DNA of 64,000 nucleotides from Eledone cirrhosa (GCA_964016885.1 OZ024740.1:212474001-212538000); one strand, 5' to 3'; counted from the stretch's first letter, positions 1 to 13,950 are shown. The notes: a model not told the origin generated them from the sequence alone. Translations and numbers: made by a program.

Positions 1-861
1 GGATGGATAATGTGCTCGTAAGTGGGCCCATGTGTGTCCTTATGTATAGAGTCCAGTGGCCTTCTAAGTTCGGTGTTATGTGCCTAGTTCTATGTTAGGT
101 ATTTTGTGCTTAGTTCTAGTCTATTATTGTCAACAGTCCCTAGACACGTTTCATGTACTCAAGTTAAGTGCTTACACTTCGTACTATACGGTGGTAATCA
201 CTTGAAACAGTTTTCATACTAAGACTGTTTCTTAAGACATCAACTATTGTCTTGTTTTTACATTCTAACAGCAGAAAAGAGAGGAAATAAACGAAGAGAA
301 AACACGAGGAATATTTAGAAACATAAATATTCCTCGTGCTTTCTCTTCGTTTATTTAGAAACATAAATAAAACCAAACTAACCTGAAATGCAATATGGAA
401 AAAGGAAAGATAACAAATGGAGGAGTTTTTTGTTTCTTTTAAGATAGATGTTTAAATAAATACAAAACAAATGAACCTCATTCGTTCTTCTCGTTTGTGA
501 ACTGAAAGAAGTGAATGACAAAGACAGTGTGGATGTAGTTTTTGTGATAGCTACCATAATACTATTTTCTTTCGTTTATTTTATATATATATGCAAAGAA
601 ATAATAATAATAATGGTAACAAAAACAACAAAAGCAACATACCCCCACCACCTCTTCGCCAAATACCAGATATGAACTTGTGTAAAATTTCTGGATTACT
701 TGTTTTCTTAAGTAACAAAGATAGTGGTAAGTATTCGATGACTATAAACGTCGGTAAAAGATTATGTATATACACACATTTATATACATGGATGGTAGTG
801 GTGGTGGTGGTAGTGGGGATATGGTGGTGGTGGTGTTGGTGGTGGTGGTGGTGGTGGTGAT

Positions 862-1155
862 AGAGTGTGTTCTGGCTATGATTTAATGCTTCCTTAATTC
901 TGAGATTGCCGAGGTTTCTTTCTTTTGTTTCAACCTTAACTGTTATTCTTTTGGTGGTGTTTTTGTATTTCTCTAAGTGTTTCTTGAATGAGGAAGCGTT
1001 AGTGTTAAAGTGTTCCTTAATCATGATGTGTATGTGCCTGGTGGTGATACCTATATAGAAGTTGTCACATGTATCACACTGTAATCCCTATACGACGTAT
1101 GCTTCATGACATATGTCTGTGTTATTGATGGGGCAGTTGACCAGCATGCAGCGTC
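862..1155 (-). mobile_element. Penelope-like element, GIY-YIG endonuclease fragment (decayed)
   Basis: Minus frame reads CMLVNCPINNTDICHEAYVV*GLQCDTCDNFYIGITTRHIHIMIKEH...RIKEAL. This is the VVY..CxxC..YIG.T.R...EH GIY-YIG pattern with an in-frame stop. Confidence 0.8.
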
Positions 1156-1184
1156 TATTGAGTTCTGTAAGTCAACTCCTAGAT

Positions 1185-1490
1185 CAAAGGTTCTCAACGG
1201 AGGGCGTTTCAGAGCTCCAGGGGGCGTTTTGGGGCAAGGGGGCGTTAGGGAGGCGTTTGAAGATTTGGGGGCGCTGGAAGGCTCTTTACTTTTGTAAATT
1301 TTATAAGCCATATTTGTACGTCTCTGAGACAGCCAGTGTGAATGCATTTGAATGAAGAAAACGAAGAAAATAGATAAAAGAAGCTTGTCAACGAATTCCC
1401 TATGGAGATAAAAGAAAAACGAAAGAAATCAAAGAAAATGAAAATAAGGACCACGTCAACTATTACAAGAACAACTTCAACAGAAATGAC
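1185..1490 (+). mobile_element. hAT (Charlie-like) transposon end fragment
   Basis: Starts CAAAGGTTCTCAAC after a CCTAGAT target-like site, followed by GGGGGCG subterminal repeats. No second end seen, so the right boundary is approximate. Confidence 0.45.
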
Positions 1491-1685
1491 AAAAAAAAAG
1501 AAACACTGAGGATGAAAGGTGTTGGTATATACTTATACATACAAAAAAAACATAAATCATGTCACATATACACACACTTAAATATAAATGCATGCATATT
1601 TACAAATATATAAATGTATAGTTATACACATACGTACATGTATGTATATATATATATATATGTATGTATATATGTATGTATGTAG

Positions 1686-1741
<56 letters not shown>

Positions 1742-1777
1742 GTATAGAAAGTATTGTAGCAAGAAGCCAACAGTATT

Positions 1778-1831
<54 letters not shown>

Positions 1832-2033
1832 CACACACACCGCACATATATATTTTGTTCCTTTTTCAGTGTGGTCTACCTCTGGTAGTAGGGTCCGTAC
1901 CGTAGATAGAACTCAATGTAACCCAGTAAGAACTAACATTAGTGAGGTTCTGTGATCGGTGAGTTAATTCTTTAGATACAGAGTCTGACATTAGGTATTA
2001 AATTAATAATTTATTTTCATTGTTAATTTAATA

Positions 2034-2088
<55 letters not shown>

Positions 2089-2090
<2 letters not shown>

Positions 2091-2586
2091 GAGGTTATAT
2101 TTAATTTGTTGGGATTCAACAAGCTTAAAAGTTTTTATAACTGATATAAAGCACTCAACAGTAGTGGAGTAAATACACAATATATTAATAAATGGAAACT
2201 ATATTTATAAAACCATATTTATTTTATTATATATATTTCAAGGGAAACCAAGGCAAATTATGGTGCGCTTTCATCAGATAAAATACAAATTTGTTTTATG
2301 AATAAATATTGACATACCCAGAAAAAAAGACAACCTTAACGGTTGGAGCTTCCTGGATAGCTTCCTGGATAGCTTCTGGATAGCTTCCTGGATAGCTATC
2401 CAGGAAGCTCCAACCGTTAAGGTTGTCTTTTTTTCCGGGTATGTCAATATTTATTCATAAAACAAATTTGTATTTTATTTGATGAAAGCGCACCATAATT
2501 TGCCTTGGTTGCCCTTGAAATATATATAATAAAATAAATATGGTTTTATAAATATAGTTTCCATTTATTAATATATTGTGTATTTA
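2089..2586. mobile_element. Fold-back PLE-type terminal element in (TA)n with two hammerhead motifs
   Basis: Arms about 2171-2360 and 2398-2586 are reverse complements. The hinge is a GCTTCCTGGATA stutter. The same family recurs at 43050-43300. Confidence 0.85.
2220..2286 (-). ncRNA. Minimal type I hammerhead ribozyme motif
   Basis: TATTTTAT-CTGATGA-stem II-GAAA-TATATA-TA-ATAAAATA. The mirror copy at 2471-2536 (+) has C3>T. Confidence 0.75.
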
Positions 2587-2606
2587 TATATATATATATA
2601 TATATT

Positions 2607-3035
2607 TGTAGTAAGGTTGCTTGGAGGCATCCATAGGCGGTATGCCAGTTGAGCACTCTATGCTCCTTTGGAGTAGAGTATAATAATATGGAAAATGAAG
2701 AATCAGTGATGCATCGAAACACAATTTATTAAGGTATTATAATTGTTTGTCCGGCGATTAGCTCGAGGTGTGATCTATTTGTGGATCGAACCTGACTCTG
2801 GATTCGCAAGTTCCTCAGATACGTCTGTTGAACTCCGACCCTTAGAATTTCTATCATCTGCCATCATCCGGTTAGAGACGTCATCTGTATGTTTGACCAT
2901 TCCAAACTGCCCACTGACCATTCCCATTTAGGCGTGAGCTGTCACTCACCTTAACTCTGTCGCCAAAATTACTGCTAGGTGGGCGAGGGGTTATGATCTG
3001 CCTTGCCAGTCCCTAGCTTGCCCGTCGCCCGACAC
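2607..3035 (-). mobile_element. Short non-coding element with decayed hammerhead motif (2734-2822)
   Basis: Minus: GTAT-CTGAGGA...GCGA/TCGC...CAAA-CAATTA-TA-ATAC. GAGTGCT motif about 45 nt from the (TA)n junction. Confidence 0.45.
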
Positions 3036-3370
3036 ATACACACCCATACACACGTGCGCTCACACATATACAGACATTCCTAGCTCCTGATCACATGCTT
3101 ATCTGTGGGGACATATACACACACACACACGCGCGTGTACACTCACGCGTGTTCTCACACACTTACACATGCATATATTCACACCCTCATATATCGTTAC
3201 ATGCATACACAGATATACGCATACATGTACACATACACGGACCCATAGATATACATACATATATATCCATATATACATATATATATATGCACATATATAC
3301 ACACCTATATATACATACGCATACATATACCCGCGCGTACGTAGACACACAACCAAGCCTAATCTTATAC

Positions 3371-3417
<47 letters not shown>

Positions 3418-3444
3418 TTACAAAATAGACCAAGAAGCCACGAC

Positions 3445-3515
3445 TATCCATCATCAGTGATCTTCTGGCCATCATAGGTATTTCTTCGCATTAAAGATCA
3501 GATACCTCAGGCCAG
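3445..3515 (-). ncRNA. Candidate permuted/pseudoknotted hammerhead with kink-turn, copy A
   Basis: CTGGC-CTGA-GGTAT-C-TGATCTT-TAATGCGAA-GAAA-TACC-TAT-GATG-GCCAG-AAGATCA-CTGATGA-T. Gap-free covarying alignment to 20967-21037. Confidence 0.6.
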
Positions 3516-4045
3516 CGCGAACAATAACTAAAATAAGTTATTGGGATAAAAAGAATTGGGTGGAGAAAGAGAGACATGTAAACAAACAAGAATGGTGAGG
3601 CAACGTAAAGAGTGGAAAAATGAGAAAACAAGTCAGTGATACATGTGAACATAAGATCTGGCGAATCATTGACGAGAAGACGAAAGACGCATCCAAGCCA
3701 TGCGAAATGTGAGCGAGAAAAGAATTTCACACGGGTCAGAGGGGAGGAAGTGAGAGAGGGTGAGTAGCAGAGATGGAGTGAGTGAAAGTGTGAGGAAGAG
3801 GCTAGGCGAGAGAGGGTGACTAGCGAGGGATGAGCTTGGCTGGTCTCGCTTGGGGATTCAATCGGATCAGTTAGAGACGGTTGCTTCTGACATGACCCAC
3901 TGGAAGGAGTGTTTGAGGACCCCCCATGGCCCTCTCTGGAATAAGTGGGTGAAAAAGAAGAGTAAAAGAAGAGAATACATATATATATATATATGTGTGT
4001 GTGTGTGTATGTGTGTGTGTGTATTATATGTTTATGCATATATAT

Positions 4046-4500
4046 CAGGGGCCTCGTTTGCCAAAAAAGTGGGACAAACCAACATTTGTTGATTCTTAAA
4101 GGAGCATGTTAGTATTGCTTATGGTGCCTTTCCCGCACCCTATCACATAAGCAAAATTTTACGCTAATTAAATTTTAAATATTCAAATGAAGTTCAGATA
4201 TAAAAAAATAAGCTTAAAAAGAATTGATTATATCAAATAAATAAAAAATAAAACAGACGTTTGCATAAAAACATATAAAGTAAATTTATTGTCGTTTCGA
4301 AGTTTCCAAATGTATTATATCCCGTATCATTGTTGTCAATAAATAATTTAGCAAATTCTTCACAAATAATCTTTTTCAAAACATCTCTATGCCTTGTTAG
4401 TGGGATATGTCTTTGTTTTTTAATTGTGAAAAAGTTTGGGGGGGGGGGACAAAATATGGTTTCATTTATCCCCTGGTACCACCCTGAAACAAGGCCCTTG
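4046..4500. mobile_element. MITE, probably hAT-derived
   Basis: Imperfect TIRs CAGGGGCCTCGTTT / AAACAAGGCCCTTG, flanked by ATATATAT on both sides. Confidence 0.6.
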
Positions 4501-4615
<115 letters not shown>

Positions 4616-4627
4616 TAGATAAATATA

Positions 4628-4884
4628 CACGGGTGTGTATGATTGTGTATAGAAGATTATATCAATAAAAGGAATTCCAACTTTGTCTGATTTACTCGTT
4701 TTATTTGCAATCCTTTAAAATTTATAATGGTATTAGAATTAAATAGTATGGTAGAATATTAAATGTTAAGTGTTAATTGAGCAAGTACTTTCATGCTTTC
4801 GCAATCTTCAGCTTCATATTCTGTGGTGACAGTCAAGTTTGCAATTTTCAACTGTGAAATCAGACAAAGTTGGAATTCCTTTTA

Positions 4885-4886
<2 letters not shown>
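4628..4886 (-). mobile_element. Short PLE-type terminal piece with 30-bp inverted repeat and decayed hammerhead
   Basis: 4664-4693 is the reverse complement of 4857-4886. Minus 4776-4820 reads CTGAAGA-TTGC-GAAA-GCAT-GAAA-GTAC-TT. Confidence 0.55.
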
Positions 4887-4960
<74 letters not shown>

Positions 4961-4971
4961 ATATATATATA

Positions 4972-6035
4972 TTTCGTTTCTGAATTTGTTTAGCAAGATT
5001 CTTTATCTGAAAACGTGTGTTGAAACCGATATTGTTATACTTTGGGAGGGTCATGTTGCCAATAAGAAACACACGCACCAGTTGCTTTCACTTCAATTTA
5101 TTATAATAAATTTATAAATTTAGGAATTTATAAATTTCTGGTTGGTTGGTTGGTTCCACAACCAGATAGTTGTTTATATATTGTCAAAGTTCTTTCGTCA
5201 CCCATTCTGTGACCTCTTCAGTGACTGGGGATTCTTTTCTTTGTTTTTGTGCCTCTCCTTTGTTCTGTCCTACGCCATTTTGTTTCTGTGTGTGTGTTGT
5301 GTACTCAGTCTGCGCATGCGTCACATCCGGGTGTCTGTGTGTGTTTATATTCGTTTATTTATTTGTTTATTTACATGTTACCGGTTGGTACAGATGATTC
5401 TTTGCTATCTTGAAGGTCTCGCCAGTGTTCATGAATGAACACTGGCGAGGCCTTCAAGATTGTAAAGAATCATCTGTACTCTACCAACATGCTAAAATAG
5501 AACATAAGGGTAAATTAGAGAACATAGAAATAAAAATAGAATCTACACACAGAAAAGACGCAATGTTTAGACAAATCACAGGGGCAATAAACATAAATGA
5601 ACTCCAACCAAAATTAAATAGAAAACATGAATGGAACAGCAACATTACAACTTACAATTAAGGACAAAATGAAAACACACACGCACATAGAACAAACAAC
5701 CAACCAGTATCATGTAAATAAACAAATAAATAAACAAATATAAACACACACAGACACCCGGATGTAACGCATGCGTAATCTAAGCACACAACACACACAC
5801 AGAAACAAAATGGCGTAGGACAGAACAAAGGAGAGGCACAAAAACAAAGAAAAGAATCCCCAGTCACTGAAGAGGTCACAGAATGTGTGACGAAAGAACT
5901 TTGACAATATATAAACAACTATCTGGTTGTGGAACCAGCCAACCAACCAGAAATTTATAAATTTATTATAATAAATTGAAGTGAAAGCAACTGGTGCGTG
6001 TGTTTCTTATTGGCAACATGACCCTCCCAAAGTAT

Positions 6036-6040
<5 letters not shown>
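4972..6040 (+). mobile_element. 5'-truncated Penelope-like element with inverted pseudo-LTRs
   Basis: GIY-YIG C-terminal ORF 5410-5661 (EHW...HAKIEH...RQIT...PKLN) lies between inverted pLTR copies. Near-identical to 10080-10735. HHR motifs at 5183-5225 (-) and 5863-5905 (+). Confidence 0.9.
5863..5905 (+). ncRNA. Minimal type I hammerhead motif in pLTR
   Basis: GTCA-CTGAAGA-G-GTCAC..GTGAC-GAAA-GAAC-TT-TGAC. Further copies at 5183-5225 (-) and 10484-10526 (+). Confidence 0.7.
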
Positions 6041-6134
<94 letters not shown>

Positions 6135-6149
6135 CTATATATATATATA

Positions 6150-6325
6150 CGGAAGTAAAAGTTAAGTGATAATATTCAAGAGTAAGAGCACTCAGTCCAA
6201 AGGATGAGTTTAGTATAAATAATTGCAACAATGACATAAACAGGAACTCAAGTTTCGTTGAGATTCTGGGCCCAGAACCCAACGAAACTTGAGTACCTGT
6301 TTATGTCCCTGTTGTAATTATTTAT
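6150..6325. repeat. Fold-back PLE-type terminus (about 110-bp palindrome centred on GGGCCC near 6270)
   Basis: 6215-6325 is self-complementary. 6175-6215 matches 46465-46505 in reverse complement. Confidence 0.65.
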
Positions 6326-7058
6326 CTGTTAGACACGCAGTGACTAACAACAGAATGTTTTAAGTCTGCGTGTCTGACATATATGCGAAGCTTGTGAATA
6401 AAAAATTCAAGAGGTATCGCTGGCCGTGGTGATCCCTGCCAAATATATTTTGTAATGTATCGCCTTATTGGCTAATTTCATCCTCTTATTGGCTAATCAA
6501 CCAACGAGAGTAATTGTTGCTCAAAAGCATCCGCCATTATATTAGCACGTTTATTTATCGTTTCGCTTTCGAGTCTTCCTCTAGTATTTCGTCGTTTATC
6601 ATCAAAATATATTTCTCGTTTTGGTAAGTTATATTGTTAATTTATATATGATTTTTTAAATTTATATAAATTTTTTTTTCAGTTCGTTATAACATGCTTA
6701 TAATATTGGTTGTATCATATTTACTTGTATATTTGTCCATATTATTGTTCGTTTTATGTTAGATTATTTTATTATTATTATGTTAGATTATTTTTTTTAT
6801 TATTATGTTAGACTATTTGAATGTAATATTTAATTTTTATTAATTCAACTATAACAATTATTATGTAAAATATATTTATTTAATATTGATTGTTTTTTGT
6901 AGTTGTTTATATTAAAAGTCTGAAAATATTTTTATACATTATATGATCATTTATAAAATAACAATTATATAATCTAATTACATTACAACGATAATTTATT
7001 ATTAATATATATCATATTTAACTAGAGTTATTACAAGCGTTACCTTTAAAAAAATTAA

Positions 7059-7475
7059 ACTAGACCTGAAAAATGCGCAAGCTCAAAAGAGCCACAGAGT
7101 GTGGGACTAGAGTTGCTGCTCAAAAATATTGTAATCATTATCTATCGTACACTCTGTGGCATCCTTTTATAAAATACAGACTCATAACGAACTCAAGACG
7201 ACACGATAATTATTTAAGTGAATTTATAATATAGAATTTGGTTTAAGTGCATTTCGTATTACTAAACATCTAATATGAGATATTGAACATTAGCTTAAAT
7301 AATTATCGCGTCGTCTTGGGTTCGTTATGAGTCTCTTTTTTATAAAAGGATGCCACAGTGTGTACGATAGATAATGATTACAATATTTTTTAGTAACAAC
7401 TCTAGTCCGACACTTTTGAAGGTTTATTATAACATTCTGTGGCTCTTTTGAGCTTGCGCATTTTTCAGGTCTAGT
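7059..7475. mobile_element. Fold-back MITE with about 160-bp TIRs, superfamily unknown
   Basis: ACTAGACCTGAAAAATGCGCAAGCTC... at 7059 and its reverse complement ending at 7475, with a spacer of about 75 bp. Confidence 0.75.
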
Positions 7476-7563
7476 ATATATATGTTTCTTTAGAAATACG
7501 AAATTCCAATACATATCTGTATACAGCTATGCCTGAAGATAATTCCTAATTCTATTTTAGACA

Positions 7564-8712
<1,149 letters not shown>

Positions 8713-8753
8713 CAAAATGTAAATAAATGAAAAATATTCTCATAATCGAAATA

Positions 8754-8820
8754 TATATTTTATTATTCATATTTCAAAGGTACAATGGTGTTTAAGTACG
8801 TTTTCATCAGACAAAATATA
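8754..8820 (-). ncRNA. Minimal type I hammerhead motif
   Basis: TATATTTTGT-CTGATGA-AAACGTAC..GTACCTTT-GAAA-TATGAA-TA-ATAAAATATA. Confidence 0.7.
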
Positions 8821-9240
8821 TGATTTGATATGTGACATACTGCTATGGATTTGATTATTCAATTCCAGTATTGGCAGTGATTTATTTTATCAAATCGCAA
8901 CGTTTTTATACAACAAATAATATGATAAACTTAAAGAAGAAAATGACGTAGAGCAAGTTAGAAATATAGGAGGGGGATACAAAGAAGAGGAAAAGGCAAG
9001 AAATAAACAAATAAATAAATAAATAATAAATAAATAAATGGATGAATGAATAAAAGAAGAAAAAAATATAAAAGAAAAGAGGAATAAAGACAAAAGAGAG
9101 GGAATATGTGGGGAGAGTAAAGAGAAAACGAAGGGGAATAAAGAAAAACGAAGAAAAAGAAAATATGAAATAGAAGGGAATAAAAAACCGTTGTATTCAA
9201 ATGCTAGGTTAAATAAGAAATCAAAAATCTATTCACAAAT

Positions 9241-10732
9241 ATGCTTTCCATGGAAAGCATCCAGCAAATAGCTAATTCCATCCACCAGAGTATTAGAGTT
9301 ACTATAGACTACCTAAGCAAACACCCCAACCATCGATTACCTGTACTAGACACAGAGCTCTGGTTAGAAACCATTAATAACAAAAAACAAATCCTCCATT
9401 CCCATTATGCCAAACCCATGACTTCCAAATATCTGATCCACCAAAACTCAGCTGTTTCGGATCACACCAAAATCAACATACTGATTGCGGATTTGGTACG
9501 GGTGATGAGAAATGTGTCCCGCATGTGCAACCCCAAAGAACTAGAGAGACACATACAACACTTCATCCACCATATGCAGTTCTCTGGTTACAATCAGAGA
9601 GATAAAATCAGAGTATGTAGAGGAGCCAGAACCAAATGGGAAAAAATGGTAAATAATGATACAAATGGGACCTGCCCTTTGTATAGAAGCAAATTTTGGA
9701 ATAGAATAGAAAGAACTAGGAATAAGGTTAATAGAATAAACTCATGGTATGATAGCAATAAATACCAGAGTGTAATGTTCATCAATACAACCCCTAGAGG
9801 TGAATTAGCTTACAAATTTAGAAGGGCCCTAGATAAACATAAACTTAATATTAAGATAGTAGAAAACCAGGTACCTCCATAAAACACTTATTAGCAATAC
9901 ATACCCTTTTCAAAGACCTCCCTGTATAGATAAGAAATGCATAATCTGTAAACTAAGCCCCCATATTAACTGTAAAACTAGACATGTAGTATATAGCATA
10001 AGATGTACTGAGGGACAATGTAAAGATAAGAATATAGTATACATAGGTGAGACAGCTCGTAGTATAGGAGAACGGTTAAATGAACACTGGCGAGAACTTC
10101 AAGATAAAAAAGAATCATCAATACTCCACCAACATGCTAAAATAGAACATAAGGGCAAATTAGAGAACAGAAATAAAAATAGAATCTACACACAGAAAAG
10201 ACGCAATGTTTAGACAAATCACAGAGGCAATAAACATAAATGAACTCCAACCAAAATTAAATAGAAATCATGAATGGAACAGCAACATCACAACTTACAA
10301 TTAAGGACAAAATGAAAACACACACACACATAGAACAAACAACCAACCAGTAACATGTAAATAAACAAATAAATAAACGAATAAAAAACACACAGACACC
10401 CGGATGTAACACATGCGCAAACTAAGCACACAACACACACAAAAACAAGATAGCGTAGGACAGAACAAAGAAAAGAATCCCCAGTCACTGAAGAGGTCAC
10501 AGAATGTGTGACGAAAGAACTTTGACAATATATGAACAACCGTCCGGTTATGGAACCAACCAACCGGAAATTTATAAATTCCTAAATTTATAAATTTAAT
10601 TTATTATAAATTGGAGTGAAAGCAACTGGTGCGTGTGTTTCTTATTGACAACATGACCCTCCCAAAGCATAACAATATCGGTTTCAACACACGTTTTCAG
10701 ATAAAGAATCTTGCTAAACAAATTCAGAAACG

Positions 10733-10735
<3 letters not shown>
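9241..10735 (+). mobile_element. Penelope-like element (Neptune-like), 5'-truncated and frameshifted
   Basis: RT thumb ORF 9241-9882 (LPVLDTELW, HYAKP). Another frame then reads CIDKKCIIC..NCKTRHVVYSIRC..C..YIGETARSIGERLNEH. pLTR with HHR follows. Confidence 0.9.
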
Positions 10736-10822
<87 letters not shown>

Positions 10823-10826
<4 letters not shown>

Positions 10827-11819
10827 ATATATATAAAGTTGTAGTTCCTGTCTGTTTGTTCGTTTGTTGGTTTTTTCCCGAACTCCTATGGTTTTAGAGA
10901 TAGACCCCCATAACTTTATATATTCTGAAACTACATTGCCCAGGGTACTTGGATAAGTATATTTCCTTTTAATCAAAGGGTTCTCAGGCGCACAAACCCC
11001 CGCTGAAAGTCTTTTTCCTTCGATTTATATGAAATGTAAACCATAGGTAAATGACAAGATATGACGCCTATTCACAAAATTTCAGCAAATTTCAATGATA
11101 TTAAAACACCCTAATGGTGGTTAAACCTCGTATAGTGAAAATTTTGGCTAATAAATGGAACAAGATTGTATGAGAACTTTATTGAAGCAACCATTATACT
11201 CGGGTCTTACAAAGGTTAAGCTCTTCTCATTCTGAAGATTCCACTTATACCAAGTCATAGCGAGTTGCCTTTTACATTTAAGAGGCTGCAGTTCCCAGTG
11301 AAGCCATGCTTTGCCATGAGCATCAATAACAGTCAAGGTCAAACTTTCAAAACTATTGGTATAGATCTGACAAACCCATGTTTCAGTCATGGCATGTTTT
11401 ATGTGGCTGTTTCAAGGACTAGAAGTTCAAAAAATATCTACATTATAGCCAATCAAAGAAAGACAAGAAATGTTGTTTACCCTAAAGTTCTTCATTAGGA
11501 CAAAGTATGAAATATACTTTGAATTTCTAATTTGAAAATAATGCTTTACACAAAAATGAAATGATCAAGTTTTGAATTGATATTTTGAAAAAAATTATTT
11601 ACAAGAAACAAAATAAGAATAAGATTTAATAATGTAATTTTGATTTGATATATTTCAAAAAATAATGTTTTCCAATTTTTCATGGATTACATTTTGCATT
11701 GAGTAATATTGAAATACAGAGCTTTTCTCCATAAATTATATCACTGATTTAAAATCAATAATCATTTTCTTACAAAACAAAATGTGTGAAACGCAGCAAG
11801 GCGCGGGTAATTCAGCTAG
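10823..11819 (+). mobile_element. Non-autonomous Helitron with PIF1-like helicase C-terminal remnant
   Basis: ORF 11265-11498 RLQFPVKPCFAMSINNSQGQT...FSHGMFYVAVSR...NVVY. The 3' end has a GC-rich subterminal patch then CTAG|T. Confidence 0.88.
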
Positions 11820-12383
11820 TACATATAACTATAAATATATACGTCTATGAAGTACTATTCAAGTTGTTTGAGACAATCGCAAAAAAGACTAGAGCGAGAA
11901 TTTATCGCCCAGACTCATCAACTATTTTGCCGAATTTACCATGCACTGTATATTTCAGTTGAATCAAAGTTTACAAGTATAGGCGACAACAAATATTATA
12001 CAACAAAATATTATACTACACTTGATAGTTCCTCTGTTTCTATTTTAAGAATTACTTTCACACTTACACTCACATTGACACTCACACTTACTCTATTACA
12101 TGTAAAACTCTGTTTTTCTTTTCTAATTACTTTCATAGTTACTCAAAACTGTCCTTTTCCCAATTTTAAACAACTTTTACTATTGCATTACATTTAGACA
12201 TTGTCCGTTTATTTTTCTATTTTACCCCCAAATCTCACACTTACACTATTACATTACATTTAAAGATGTTTTTTTTTTCAATTTTAACCTCAACTCTCGC
12301 ACTTTATTACATTAAAAACTCTGTGTGTGTGTATATATATGCACACAGAGATTGATATTTGTATTCAGATGTTTAGTCCAAGC

Positions 12384-12549
12384 CAGTGGTTTCCAAAGTG
12401 TGTTCCACAAAAGATGTATGGGTTTCTTTGAAAACAGGTAGAGGAGTATATTTATATTACGACCATATAACAGTATTAGACACTGGGGTTCCCCTAAAAG
12501 TTTCTGAACCAAAAGGAGTTTTGCGTTAGAAAAATTTTGGGAAACTCTG
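12384..12549. mobile_element. hAT/Charlie-type MITE
   Basis: TIRs CAGTGGTTTCCAAA / TTTGGGAAACTCTG. 8-bp TSD GTCCAAGC / ATCTAAGC. Confidence 0.75.
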
Positions 12550-12589
12550 ATCTAAGCTATGTCTAGGGCGGGTAAAATTCGCGAGATCC

Positions 12590-13810
12590 ATGGACGAGTT
12601 CTCTCCAGCGGTCTCTGTCCCTCATTATCGCTGCTATCTCTTGCATCTCCAAGAGACCAGTGTCTGTCCTTAGGGCATCAACATGTTAACCTCGGTCTTC
12701 CTCTTCCAGTGTGTCCATGCAGGGGTTCCTACAGGAGCACTGAGTGCAGTGTCAACTCTGGATGTCGGCGAGCATGTCCAGCTAACCGCAGTCTCCTCTG
12801 GGCTACTCTCGAGCTGACTTTTGGGAGGCTCCCGTACAGTTCTGAGTTCTTCATTCTCAGTGTATACTGATTAATGTTCAGAGCCATCCTCAGCATTCTT
12901 GTGTAGCACCCATCCACCATCTGAGTGAGTTTCTTGGTCAGTGGCCAAGTCTCAGACCCGTACAGCAGCACAGACTCCACGACAGCAACAAAGAGACGGA
13001 TCTTCAGGGCTTTACGAAGGTCCGACTGCCACACCGAACTCAAGCTGTGGCACGCCGCCCAGGCTTTGTTCTTCCTCTCCACCACATCATCTTCCGTATT
13101 CCCAATCTTTGCTCCTAAATACAGGAAGTCCTCAACCAATTCTAGTGACTTTCCGCCTACATTAGTAATCTTCTCTGGCTTCTTAATATTGTCTATCAGA
13201 TACTTCGTCTTAATCTCATTCATTCATATACAATGGTCCACTGCGATGATAAAAAGGTAGGGAGCCAATGTATCTCCCTGGAGCACTCCAGCCAGTATCT
13301 CAAAGAACTCTGTCATCCCATCAGGTGTAATGACTTGGGGTTTGGTGTTGGTGTAAAGCAGTGATATCAGGTCCACTATTTTCTTGGAGATTCCATAATT
13401 TGTAAGATCTTCATCAGGCAGTGACGGTCCACAGAATCAAAGGCCTTCCTAAAGTAAATGAAAGCCATGACTGCAGGAAGGCATTTTGCTCTAGCTCCCT
13501 CTAATATCCTCCTCAGCATCAGGATGTGACTGGTGGTTGATCTTCTTTCTCTGAAGCCGTTCTGGTTGTCCTTGGGCTTCTTTTCCACCTCGGGCTGGAT
13601 CCTGTTAAGAATCATCCTGTTGAGGGTCTTTGCCACAAGTGACGTCAGTGAGATCCCCCTGTAGTTGTTGGTGTTAGAGAGATCTCCCTTCTTTGGCACT
13701 GGGACGATGTTACTGATCCACCACTGATTCGGGGCAACTCCTTTCTCCAGTGCCTGGTTACAGAACTCCAGGATGATATCATCAAAATAACACCTCTTCA
13801 TCACCTCTAT
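12590..13810 (-). mobile_element. RTE-clade LINE, decayed RT fragment
   Basis: [61 protein letters not shown]. Frameshifts and an internal deletion. Confidence 0.88.
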
Positions 13811-13811
13811 G

Positions 13812-13861
<50 letters not shown>

Positions 13862-13865
13862 TATA

Positions 13866-13950
<85 letters not shown>

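Noticed and set aside
130-200. Hammerhead on minus (GAAACGTGTC)
   Set aside because: No CTGANGA-like strand or stem I partner found.
1502-1523. CTGAGGA-T-GAAA as a mini hammerhead
   Set aside because: No stem II or NUH geometry. Likely chance.
1588-1905. YI/CV/HT-rich ORFs here and throughout the track
   Set aside because: Translations of dinucleotide microsatellites.
2607-3035. Solo LTR (TGT...ACA-like ends, AATAAA on minus)
   Set aside because: No TSD, the ends merge into microsatellite, and a decayed HHR plus the GAGTGCT motif fit a PLE-type terminus better.
3445-3515. Box C/D snoRNA
   Set aside because: The CUGA lies 5' of the UGAUG/UGAUGA boxes (wrong order), and a snoRNA would not explain the conserved GAAA, UH and pseudoknot helix. 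Not fully excluded.
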